The notes: generated by a model from the sequence alone, not told the origin. DNA of 64,000 bases from Amoebidium appalachense (GCA_963693365.1 CAVNZM010000002.1:2062259-2126258), one strand, 5' to 3'; counted from the stretch's first letter, positions 22,284 through 40,835 are shown. Numbers and translations: made by a program.

Positions 22284-23071
22284 TAGTGCCTACAACCTAC
22301 TGAGGCGGTGTCTCCTTTCTTTTTTTTTTTTTTTGCCGCCTGAGTAGATGTTAAACGTCGCACGTGCGGCAACACGTCAGTACGTGTTAGCCTTAGTGCC
22401 CTTAGTCACAACTATCAGACTATAGTTACGTGTCCTCCACTTCTTTGTTCTTGACCATTTTTTCGGCATGAAAGGGTTTCTGTTACTTCTTGCTGTCCTT
22501 CTTAGCGTGCTTGCTTGTCTTTTTTTCAACATGGGTGTCACTGGCGCTTTCGACTTCTTTGAAATCACACGTGTACGTGGACACAAGCACGAATGCACAC
22601 ACCCACACCCACACTCTCACTCACACCCACAGCTCATGCTCACACTCAAACAGCACACACACACACACACACACAGACACACACACACACACACACACCA
22701 TACACGTACAGACATTTTAAACATGGACATCGGCACCGTGAACCCCCCCCCCCCCCTCTCGATCTTGGTTGGGTCTTTGGTATGTATGTATTTACCCCTC
22801 ATCCCACCTCCCTTCCTTATCTTCCTGTCCAGTGCACACACCACTCCTTTTTTAGTTTAGGCAATTTATAGTGTCGTGTAGCACATACAACCCCCCCCCC
22901 CCCCACCCCCCCCCCCCCAACAAACGCAGTACAGTACACACCCCCGCCCTCCCCCCCCCCCCAACAAACGCAGTACAGTACACACCCCCGCCCTGCGCCC
23001 CCCCCCCCCCCCCCCCCCCCCTTCCTCTCTTCCCACCTCCCGAGTCCTTATCAATGTTCCCACCTCCCCAG

Positions 23072-23230
<159 letters not shown>

Positions 23231-23397
23231 ATACACATACAGACATTCACAAACACGGACTTTTGGATTTTGTCCTGGTGCAGAGACTAGCGATCTTGCT
23301 AGCCTTGAGATCACAACCTAACCACTGCCGATGGTTGTGATGACGCCAGTAAAGGCGTGCTGGCTTTTACCCCAGCGAGAAGAGGATGAGAAAAAGA

Positions 23398-23470
23398 TGA
23401 TCCCGACGGGATTTGAACCCGCGACCCCTCTATCTCCGGTCGAGTGCTCTACCAACTGAGCTACGAGATC
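23398..23470 (-). tRNA. tRNA-like gene in the 3' LTR (GGA at anticodon position, C33, short variable arm)
   Basis: 73-nt cloverleaf: acceptor GATCTCG/CGGGATC, D stem GCTC/GAGC, A box TAGCTCAGTTGG, B box GGTTCAAATCC, T5 terminator 2 nt downstream. Confidence 0.8.
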
Positions 23471-23767
23471 GGTTAAGATCTCGCAGGCCACCAGCCGATC
23501 ATGATCTGATTCATGCGATCGGACTGGATAACGATACCATCTTCCAACATCCCCACTCAGGACGAATCGCAGAATCAGGTTAGGGTGGACTGCCCCCTCA
23601 GTCCCCACTGAACCTCTGTTCATGCTACCATTTTGGATTTTGTCCTGGTGCAGAGACTAGCGATCTTGCTAGCCTTGAGATCACAACCTAACCACTGCCG
23701 ATGGTTGTGATGACGCCAGTAAAGGCGTGCTGGCTTTTACCCCAGCGAGAAGAGGATGAGAAAAAGA

Positions 23768-23840
23768 TGATCCCGACGGGATTTGAACCCGCGACCCCTC
23801 TATCTCCGGTCGAGTGCTCTACCAACTGAGCTACGAGATC
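23768..23840 (-). tRNA. tRNA-like gene in the 5' LTR (identical copy)
   Basis: Same sequence as 23398-23470, offset by 370 bp. Confidence 0.8.
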
Positions 23841-25376
23841 GGTTAAGATCTCGCAGGCCACCAGCCGATCATGATCTGATTCATGCGATCGGACTGGATA
23901 ACGATACCATCTTCCAACACGGACATCGGCACCGTGAACCACTCCCCCCCCCCCCCCCCCCCAAACCCCCCCCCCCCCCGGCCCCCCCCCCCTTCTCCAT
24001 TTCTTGTATGTATTTGAACTGGGCAGGCTGCACCAGGTGTGTGAGCCATGGCCTGTGAGCCACGCCAACTGGTCCGGGTGAGCCAGCTGGCCCGGAACTT
24101 CCGGACTGACAGGTGTATTTCCGGCCCGGGGGCCACACGTGCTCGACTGCAGCATGGCCGCGGGCATAGACAGAACACACGTGTCCCATGCATTGCCGCA
24201 CACTTCTAGCCTCGTAGTTTTTGCCAGGTGGTTAATCTTGCTTTTTTATTCGTATCACACACACATTATAGTACATTCAAACTCAAAACCCAAACTTTAA
24301 ACCCCTTAGGGGCATGCGTCATATAAAGCTCTAGTACGTATACATATGTGGGACTGAATAAAGTGACTTTTCAGGCTGTTGCATAATGCTGTGTGAAGAG
24401 ATACCGAGTTCCCCAAGGCGCAGGAGGCATAACGTGTCATTACATGCGTGACATATCCCTCATCGGGGGTTGTCATAACCTCCCAGGGGATTATCGGGAT
24501 ATATTTGGATAGTCAATGGATATTTTCGATTGCAATTTGACCCTCCTGGGGGGTTCTAAATGTGTCAGCCATTTGCGAACCGAACTTTCAAAAATTTTAA
24601 ATTCTGAAAAAAGTTTCAAGGATAAAATCGATAGCGCTGAGCACGTATAAGGAAGTTCAAATAAATAGTTTTTACGATAGGGAGCCCCTACGTAGAACAT
24701 CTTATTTTCTTTCTAGCACCCCTCCTTCATTGTTTTCTGGAAAACCGCCAATTTGGGGTCAATTAGTGAAAATTTAAATTTTCAAACGAAAATTTCAAAA
24801 GGTTCCCGCGGTGGCGCTGGGCAAGTGTCCGGGTGCATTTGAAGTAGACATCAAGACGGACATTTTGACGTGTCTATTTCCTTTTTATCTCAATTCTATG
24901 GGGAGCGACATGCTCTCAGATCGGGACGATTTTGGGGTCTGAAATTGGAGGGTTTTAGACTTGAGGCACGCACCTTAGTCCAAAAAGTGCGATCGATGAT
25001 CGATCCCCGGCCAACTTGCTAGAAAGCTGGCTCAGTCAGTATGTATGCATACGATCGTGGAGTTCGGACTCAGGCTGTTCCTTTTCCTGTTCCGGCTTGT
25101 TCAGGCTGTTCCTTTTCCTGTTCCTTTTCCTTTTCCTGTTCCGGCTATTAAGGCCGGCCTGGCCACGGTGCGCACGCCGTTTTACACCTGCTCCTCGGGA
25201 GGCGTGAGCCTGAAGTAGCTACAAGCTGCATAGCGCTACAGGTCATGACCTTGCAAAATTGGTCGGTACTTTCGAGATCGAATTCGAACGTACTGAACAA
25301 TTCCGGGATCGAGAGGACTACATGCTAAGGGATCCTTCCCCTGTCCCCGGGGCCCTTGCCCAGAGAGTAGCCGCGC

Positions 25377-25457
<81 letters not shown>

Positions 25458-26176
25458 GAGCAAGCTGGGGAGGAGGGGCTGGGGGGAGGGGAAAGGGGGC
25501 AGGGGGGGGGGAAGGGGGCACAGTGGGGGGGGGGGGGGGGGGGGGGAGGGGCCCACCTGGTCGAGTGGCCCGGTGCCCCTCGGAGGAGTCCCGGCCTGCG
25601 CGCTTGGCACTGCGCCACCCACGTGCACCAAGGGCTGTACATATTCGTTAGCGTACTTCGGTCAACTATTTCTACACTGTAAATTATCGGGGGCAAGCCT
25701 TGGGTTATCGTGCTCACCGTGCTGTGTTCGTGCAGACACGATTTGTTTGCCGGCGAGGGGTGCAAGTGTGGGCGTTTGTGTGTGTGACACTGTGTCACGG
25801 TGTGCGCCGGGGACGGCCATGCGTTGCACGTGTGCATGTGCGTGCCAAATATGTACATGTGTGTACATGTGGTTCTGTGTGTCTGTGCCTGCGTCTGCCA
25901 CGCAATGGGTGCCCGTGTGTGCACGCACGTGTGTGTTTCTGAGGGTGTCTGTGCCTGCGTCTGCCAGCCAGTGGGTGCCCGTGTGTGCACACACGTGTGT
26001 CACATGGTGACTGTCCATTTCACGACATGATATTATGATGAGTGTGATGGCGTGTATGCCTGCGGATGAGTTTATGTGTGCACCACGAACATAACAGGAT
26101 CGATATCCGCACCATGTCACATGGACACACACTGGGGCTCTGTGGCTAAGAGCCCCCCCCCCCCCCCCTCCCCCCC

Positions 26177-26207
<31 letters not shown>

Positions 26208-26506
26208 AAAAAGAAAACAAAAAAAACAAAACAACAACAACAAAAAAGAAACAAAAAAAGTCAGACGGGGACAGAGTCACCGTGCACGTGGCCATGGATG
26301 GGTGGGTGGAGGATTTTCTTCAAGTCTCTCTCTCTCTCTCTCCCCCCCCCCCCCCCCCCCCCAATCCCCCCCCCCCCCCTTTTCTTCTTCCTTTTTTCAT
26401 TTTTTTTTTCTTTCTTTTTTTTTTGGTTTTGTTTTGTTTGGTGTGTGTGGGGGGGGGGGGGGGGGGGGGGGGGGGGAGGGGGGGGAGGGGGGGGGATGTT
26501 TTTTTC

Positions 26507-26538
<32 letters not shown>

Positions 26539-26982
26539 GTCGGGGGGTGGGGGGGGGGGGGGGGGGGGTTAGATTTAGGGTAGCACGCCAGGAGTGAGTG
26601 TAAGTGTACACCGGCGGCTACATCCACTGTGATCATGATAAACCACAAATAGTAATAAAACTGTTTCCTTCAAGTTCCGAACTGACTAAACTATATGGAT
26701 ATCATTTTTGCGCATCACAGTTAAAGATCTATTTTGGGCCTGCAACTGCCACAATTGGCCTGCAACAAAACTGCCAGGACCCTAGGCTCGAGGAGTTAAG
26801 GGGGGGGGGGGGGGTCAATCAGAGTAGTATGGCAGCCAACCACACCAAAAGTTACCGTGAAGAAAGCCTTTCCCCGGCACTCCCATTTCGATCTTCGCCC
26901 CTACTAGGTATACCCTCGAATTTTTCCCTCATCCCCATATGCACTCACAAAGCATCCGCTTCTTCCACGCACACGCACACAC

Positions 26983-27034
<52 letters not shown>

Positions 27035-27745
27035 GCACGTGTGTACACGATGCACGATCACACACACACACATGTACCGTCGTGCACACACACTCTCTCT
27101 TCCTGAAATATAAGCGCCACATACCTTTTTAACCCAGCTGTTACTAATGAACCGATCAAAGGCGCCTAATCTGCCCCAGGCGCTGTTCAACCAGCAACTA
27201 AATCATGATCCAGATTCCATAATATGGTGATTGGCCGCAATACATATCGAAGATTGCTCCATACTAAGGGCAAAGTTGGCAATGACAATGAATGGCAATG
27301 CAGTGTAACATGTGGTCATGTATTGCAAAAACACTGAGTAAGACCTCATAAACTACAGGATTCCGGTCATCCTACAATGTCATTCTGTAGTAGCAATTAT
27401 GCCGTGATGTTGACTAGAACGAACGCCACGCACTCAAATGTTTGCTTAAAATGATTCTAATTAGTCCCATCCCCCCCCCCCCCCCCCCCCCCCCTCCCTT
27501 CCCCTCTTTCTCCCCTCCACTATTTCATTCGAGCTTCCCCTCCACCCCCCCCTCCTCCCCCTTCCCCCCCTGCCCCCCTGCCCCTCCCCCCCCCTCCCCC
27601 CCTCCCCCCTCCCCCCGGTCCGGGAAATCCCCATTCCTCCCCCTCCCTTCGCAGGGAGGAAGGGATATTGGGATATAAGGATCCCGCTTATCCTCTTTCC
27701 CCTCCACCACAGACAAGGCACCGGCACCGGCACCACCACCGACAA

Positions 27746-27790
<45 letters not shown>

Positions 27791-27791
27791 G

Positions 27792-27845
<54 letters not shown>

Positions 27846-27872
27846 CACGCACACACGCACACACGCTCACAG

Positions 27873-27904
<32 letters not shown>

Positions 27905-27937
27905 ACAGACACACACACACACACACACACAAACACA

Positions 27938-27972
<35 letters not shown>

Positions 27973-28108
27973 CACAAGACTGGTGGACACACGGGCGCAC
28001 ACTTGCCTGCACACACACGCGCACATGCACGTCGTCCACATGCACACACAGGCACATACATGCACGCACGCACGCACGGACGCAAGCATGCATCCATGCA
28101 CGCACTCT

Positions 28109-28148
<40 letters not shown>

Positions 28149-28316
28149 CACACGCACAGCACCAAAGTGGTGGACACACGGGCGCACACACGCACACGAG
28201 CCGGCATACAAGCACACACGCACATGCATGCACGCGACGCACACACATGCACATGTAGAAACACACACGCACACACGTGCACAAATGTACACACACACCG
28301 TCGGACACACGCACAC

Positions 28317-28401
<85 letters not shown>

Positions 28402-28849
28402 GCACGCACGCATACGCACACGCACGTCCAAACACATACGTACACAAACACGAGTCCGCCCGCGGCCGATCCGATTGAGCTCCTAGCGGCAAAATCAGGG
28501 TTTGCGTTACAAATCGTGTTGGCCTAAAATACGGTTTAGGAAACCCCGCAATACGATTACAAGTAGGCACCCAATTAGTAAACACGACCCTGAAGGGTGT
28601 CAAAATGCTCTGAATTTGCCAGAAAAACGATTAAGAACGCCAAGCCCCGGCAACCCCTGTGCAAAATTTAAGGTAAGCCAATAGGAAGCTGGAGACAGGA
28701 AAAGACACCAATAGGAGTACACCCCGCCATCAGATAACATTTCGCTGGCAACAACTTAGTCGCACAGTCTGTCGCACAGCTCACATGAGTCCACACTCCA
28801 CAGGGCTTTCTCCTGCAGTATTTACGGTATACACGCACTTTTTTCCAAA

Positions 28850-29225
28850 ATGGCCCGCTCAGCAACTGTGGCACGCAAGACCAAGGAGACAGACATCAAC
28901 GTGTCTCTGTGTCTGGATGGCAATGGTGACTCAACCGTGGAGACCGGGGTCGGCTTTTTGGACCACATGGTTTCTGCCCTGGCAAAACATGCAAAGTAGG
29001 TGTTTAACAGTTGTAGGCTTGTATCTTGTTTGGGGGACATTCTGAAGCTTCAGTATAATGCTTATTCAGAGATATGCTTGGCACTTATTTTTGGATCTAG
29101 GAAGCCTGGAATGTGCAAGGGGAGGGCAAAGGAGGTTATGCGTGTGTGAAGAGGGGTCATTGGGGCCTGTGGATGTATGTGCTTGTGTGTTTGTGTGTGT
29201 GAAAGAGAGGGGGGGGGGGGGGGGG

Positions 29226-29265
<40 letters not shown>

Positions 29266-29410
29266 TTTTGTGCATGTGCATGCGCACGCTTGCACCTGTG
29301 TGTGCAAACGGTGAGTTCCCACACTTATGCAAGTGAGCATCATGGCCATGATCACGCTCAAACGCAGGACATACACAAGCGCACGTACACACACACACAC
29401 ACATGCACAT

Positions 29411-29472
<62 letters not shown>

Positions 29473-30484
29473 ACGCGCGCACACGCTACATACACAAAAA
29501 TACAGGGACACGCCACACTCACCCGCACGGACCTATGCTGGTGCGCACACACGCACACATACAGACACTTACACACACGTGCTCACATACCACACCATAT
29601 ACTCTAAATGAACTTCTGATTTTTCATACCTCGTATTTCTCTGTCACTCTTACCTGCCTAAGAGCCAGTGCTAGGCACATGCACACACTCACCTCTTTTT
29701 CTCCCTGATTGCTCTGCACGCCTGCTCCCCTTTTCTTTGTATCTTGCCATTCTCCTTCGACTCGTGACTTACCACAATGCTTCTTTTGCATTCTTGGTGG
29801 ATCCGTTGCCTTCCCCCCACCATATATCAACATACACCAAACTAATAACAAACAATCCAAACGCAGGTGGCAGCTAACACTCACATGCAAGGGAGATCTG
29901 CACATCGACGACCACCACACAGTTGAAGATTGCGGCATTGCATTGGGCATTGCATTCAAACAGGCCCTGGGTGAGGTCAGGGGTATCCAACGGTTTGGTT
30001 TTGGATATGCCCCCCTTGACGAGGCACTATCTAGGGCCGTGGTGGATATCTCCGGCCGCCCGTTTGCGGATGTCAACTTGGAGTTGAAGAGAGAAATGAT
30101 TGGTGGGTTTTTGTTGCTCAGTCCCCCCCCCCCCCCCCCCCCCCCCCACCGCCCTCCCAAAAAAACAAAATAAAAAATGAAAAAATAAAATAACGAAACC
30201 CCCCCCCCCCCCCCCCTAACTTCTGTATGTCTGGCCCATTTATGATGTTTTTGCTCCATATTTTCATTTTTTCTAACGGTGAGCACATCACAGGCAATCT
30301 GTCCACGGAAATGTTGCCTCACTTCTTGGAGTCTTTTGCCTCCAATGCTGGCCTGACCCTGCACGTGGACGTGCTCAAGGTGCGTGCGTGGGGTGGGGGG
30401 GTGGGGGGTTGGGTCGGTGGGCGGGGAGGTGGGGCCCGGGGAGGCTGGGGGAGGGGGGGGGGGGGGGGAGGGAGAGGGGAGGGG

Positions 30485-30521
<37 letters not shown>

Positions 30522-30570
30522 TGGTGGATGGGCAAGGTGTGAGCGGGAGTGGTTGTGGTCAGTGTTTGTG

Positions 30571-30622
<52 letters not shown>

Positions 30623-30848
30623 CGTGTGCTTGTGTGGGTGGGTGGGTGCATGGGCATGGGCATGTGTGTGTATGGGTAGTATGTAAGTGTGCAGGTCCTT
30701 TCGTGTGTGTTTGTGTACACGTGTATGAAGAGGGAGGGGGAGGGGGGGAGGTCAAGGGATGGGAGTGACAGGTGTGCTTGTTTGTTTTATGTGCAGGTAG
30801 GCATGCACGATCACCTGCGCGGTTGCCTCTGTGCCTCCCCCTCCCCCC

Positions 30849-30879
<31 letters not shown>

Positions 30880-30893
30880 AAACACCCACATAT

Positions 30894-30951
<58 letters not shown>

Positions 30952-31237
30952 TTACACACACAACTCATACACACACCCCACACACATTCGTGCATGCATT
31001 CACCCAAACGAAACACATCGATACGACCACCGCGAACAGACAAAGCACTCACGAATGAATGTTGGAGAAAGCCTGCTGCCATATTATAAAATCCTCCCTT
31101 CCCCCCTCTTCTCTCCTCTCCCTCCCACGATTCTCTGCCCCCGCTCTCTCCCTCTGCCCTTCCCCCCCCACCCCCCTCTCTGGCACCCCTTTCCCTCCCC
31201 CCTTCTAAATATTCCCCCCCCCCCCCCCCCCCCTCCC

Positions 31238-31268
<31 letters not shown>

Positions 31269-31753
31269 ACACCACCACCACCACCACCACCTTGATATTT
31301 AAGCACATTGGGGCACAGCACACCCAGTGTGTCCACGCTGAAGGCCTGCATCACCCTCAGAGCACCATTCAACCTGCTATTTACTCATCTGGCCGCATTG
31401 TGTTGGTCGCGGCCTTCTTTCTTTCATTGAATTCTGTCATTCACTGCTCGACCTGACGCATCCTCCCCCCCCCTCCCCCCCCCCTTCCCCCCTCCAACCG
31501 CCAAAAGACAAACACACAGACAGACATACACAAGCATGTTACCCCTTCCCCCCCCCCCCCCTCCCCCCCATCCACCCACCCACCCATCCCACCCGCACCC
31601 CCCACCACTCACACACACACACACGTACACATACAGGGTAACAATGACCACCACCGTGCCGAGTCTGCATTTAAAGCCCTGGCCATTGCGTTGAGAGCGG
31701 CAACCACCCAAACAAACAGCAATGATGTGCCCAGCACAAAGGGTGTGCTGTGA
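28850..31753 (+). CDS. HIS3: Imidazoleglycerol-phosphate dehydratase; exons 28850-28995, 29867-30102, 30294-30379, 31637-31753
   Basis: RKTKETDI...[71 protein letters not shown] introns join in consistent phase. Confidence 0.97.
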
Positions 31754-31925
31754 ATAGTCGAGAATATAATTATATCATTGCAGGTTAGTGTACTGTGAAT
31801 ATTCGAGAATATGATATTATAGCAGGTTGGTATACTGTGAGTATTCAAGAATATGATCATAGCTTGCTTCTTCGAGAACATAATCATGGCAGGTTAGGTT
31901 GCAATGTGAATAAGCGAGAATACAG
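31744..31925. repeat. ~42-46 bp imperfect tandem repeat starting at the HIS3 stop codon
   Basis: TGTGAAT...CGAGAATAT.AT...GCAGGTT recurs about 4-5 times. Confidence 0.7.
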
Positions 31926-32300
31926 TAGATAGTCAACACATGAATAGACACATCTTTGTACGTATTTGGGAATATCGTGTCCTGATATGGGCCAATTCAT
32001 TTCTCATATGCTAGTGTTTGATTTGTATGACTTGGGCACTGTGTGCTGTATGTAAAGAAAAAAATCCCTGGTGATATGCCCTATTGCTACCAATATTTGC
32101 ACACGCATGGCCGGGTATGTCAGTGAGGATGTGTGTGTGTGTGTCTGTGAGTGTGTGTGTGCGCGCGCACGCACGCATGTGTGTGCGTGAAGGTGGGTAT
32201 GGGTGTGGGTTGTGGGATGTAAATGTGTGGGTGTGGGTGTGGGTGTCACGCGTGTGGTTGTGTGGGTGTGTGGATGTGGTTGGGCGTCAGTAGGGTGGAC

Positions 32301-32389
<89 letters not shown>

Positions 32390-32503
32390 CGCGCGCGCGC
32401 GCGATCGTGGGTGCGCACGCACGTGTTACTGTTTTCGAGTGCCCCAGAGGGGGGAAGGGGGGGAGGGGGGGGGGGGGGGGGGAGGGGAGCGAGGGGGAGG
32501 CGG

Positions 32504-32541
<38 letters not shown>

Positions 32542-32546
32542 GATAA

Positions 32547-33513
32547 GGGCCTGTTTGGTAGCGCGCTAAATACGGTTTTTTTATCGCATTCGTATTTAGG
32601 GCCTAAATACGTATACGATCCTGTGGCATGCCAAACACGCCGTGGGCTTTAATTTTTTGTAAATACGATAGGGATCGCTTTTTTATCGTATTTACGAAAA
32701 TCACCTCCGGAGGTGATTTTCGTAAATACGATATAGGAAATTGGCCAATCAGAGCATTTCGCATCATTTATTGGCTATCAGCTAGCCAATGGTACAGCGT
32801 AAGCCGCGGAGGGCACATTTTTACTACAGTACGCATGCCGTCGCATGCACGTGAATAATTCACTGTTAAAAAGAAGGTCGGTGTCATACACGTCATTTTG
32901 TGTACATGCTCAGTTAAAATTGGCACATGAATTTGGGCTGCACAGGTAAGACAGAGGACGAGGAACCCTACACGGTACCTATTGATAGTCTCCGTGCTGT
33001 GTTGTAGATCCTCGGCCGTCCTGCGAACAGAGTCGCCATGCCCAAGAATAAGCATCAGTAGACACACGATCTCTTCAACGTCCATGTGCGCACTCTCAGT
33101 CACGTAAGGCCGCATCTCTTCAATTAACTGGCTTATGGCTTCGGGGCTTGCGCGCATGATGTGCAAACACGACGAGGGTGTCCCGATTCTAACAGCTCAC
33201 GAACATATATATTCCTTTCCAGATCTAGAGAGTGAGCGTGTGTTTTGCTGCTGCTTGTTTTCAGATGCGTATTGCATAACAATTGCTGCGCCAGCAGCGG
33301 CACACACCACCGCAATAACTGGCAGTATCCCTTCAATAACAGACATTCTAACCTAATGTTAAACAGAGGAAGACTCACTGTCGGTGACTCGTTTTTGCCG
33401 TTCGCTGTAATACCGACTACAGCTGCACCAGCCTGGGCGCATAGGCGCATACGGTAGATCGTATTTAGGGCCTAAATACGAATACGATTATTGGGGTGCT
33501 GCCAAACAGGCCC
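32547..33513 (-). mobile_element. PIF/Harbinger deletion derivative, 967 bp
   Basis: TIRs GGGCCTGTTTGGTAGC / GCTGCCAAACAGGCCC, TAA TSD on both sides (32544-32546, 33514-33516), subterminal CGTATTTAGGGCCTAAATACG at both ends. Confidence 0.93.
32970..33225 (-). pseudogene. Frameshifted N-terminal fragment of a PIF/Harbinger transposase
   Basis: YVRELL.SGHPRR / MR.SPEAI..L....VEEIVCLLMLILGH...R.....QHSTETINRY matches the PIF transposase N-terminal HTH region; no DDE domain. Confidence 0.8.
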
Positions 33514-33999
33514 TAAGGATATATCTGCAATTGCAGAGTACTGGTGTGATGTTCAACATGGCCTTGGGGCATATAGTCCGCAATATATATATTAATGGAT
33601 GGCCCTCTGAATTCAAATCCGACGGTAGATGAGACTACATTAATTATCATATTACACTGCATGGCAGCTAGGTGAATATAAATCGGTGGCAAAGGCAGCT
33701 CACACATTTCGGCCTGACAGTTACGAGCCGACATGTACAAAGGCAGGATCCACGCAGGGATACTCTGCTAGTATGTGGACACCGGATTCGAAGTTTCTAC
33801 AGGGCTGTACATGTATATTTAGAGAGGGGTCAACCGCAACAGGTCAATATACAGATGAACACTATGTAGTGTATATGATTATATATATGAATATATACAA
33901 AAATATGCCACTTGCAGGTGACCCTTCAGGTATGGGGCCAAAAGCGAGAAAGGTTGCCAAATACGGTTGGGGGCCGGGGGGAAAGGAGGGAAAGGGGGT

Positions 34000-34038
<39 letters not shown>

Positions 34039-34953
34039 GGAGGCCGGGATCCGGAAGGACAGGCCAGAGCTGATGGGCTTAGAAAACGGACAAGCGGCTT
34101 ACCCTCCTTGTGTGTCTTTGTGTGAGTGTGTGTGTGGGCGGGAGGAGCCAGCAAGGGGCCGGACTGCAGGGTTGGGGGGGAAGGGGGGGGGGGGGAGGGG
34201 GGGGGGGGATGTACTCACTTCAAGTGACAGGCCTAGGATGTGAATATTTATCATCGTTCACAGTCAATTCAAGCAGCTAATATTATTATTAGATGTACCA
34301 GCATCCCAGCAGCCAACAGATTCAAGCACCGTTTGCCTTATATGGACAGAACCAACATCTCAAATATGCACGTGTCTGCACGCACCTACATTGAATTTCA
34401 TAGTGCAGAGGCTATTCTAGTTGCATACAACGACATTCGATGCGACCAAATATGGAAAGACTATGCTTGGTCGAGCGCATTGTCTGTGTTTGCGGCTGTG
34501 TTTGCGTCTTACAACATACGTAGCTTGAATATACGCACAGAATATGGGGGTGCTATCTCCAATCTGTACATACGTGTTGTTACATACAGAATTTTCTGGG
34601 CTCATACCAGAAATTAGCAACAAAACCACAATAATCACATTTTAACTGTATAGATGGTAATGTAAGATCGAACACGGATGAGAGAGAGAAGGCGACAGAA
34701 AAGGAGGAGGAGGAGGAGGGGAAGAGGGGGAGGCATACATATCAGAGAAGGGCTACCGTAGGACAAGAAAGCATAAAAAAGTCGTAAACGATTGAATGTT
34801 CAGTTTCCTCCATTCAATGCCACAACAAAGCTAATTGAAAAGAAAAAAAAAATCCGTTGACTAGGTTCGATCAAAGAACTTTGACACGGCAAGGCCACAG
34901 ACCCACCTGCCGCAAATTTGAACTTATACTTTGATAGTTCGGAAATTTCAGTG

Positions 34954-40835
<5,882 letters not shown>

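Larger units (their letters stand above)
23261..23919 (-). mobile_element. TRIM (miniature non-autonomous LTR retrotransposon) with a tRNA-like gene in each LTR
   Basis: Two 289-bp direct repeats (23261-23549, 23631-23919) with minus-strand termini TGTTGGA...TCCAAAA. The 81-bp interior has PBS TGGTAGCATG and PPT-like GAGTGGGGA. 5-bp TSD CGGAC at 23256-23260 and 23920-23924. Confidence 0.9.

Noticed and set aside
23620-23630. The TRIM primes with the tRNA it carries
   Set aside because: That would need PBS TGGTGATCCCG; the observed PBS is TGGTAGCATG.
23398-23840. Two ordinary tRNA-Ser(GGA) genes, or tandem SINEs
   Set aside because: There is no long variable arm and position 33 is C. The copies lie mid-repeat within an LTR-PBS-PPT-LTR structure with one TSD and no tail.
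24300-25020. AT-rich structured region resembling a large transposon terminus
   Set aside because: No TIR partner, TSD or coding remnant could be identified.
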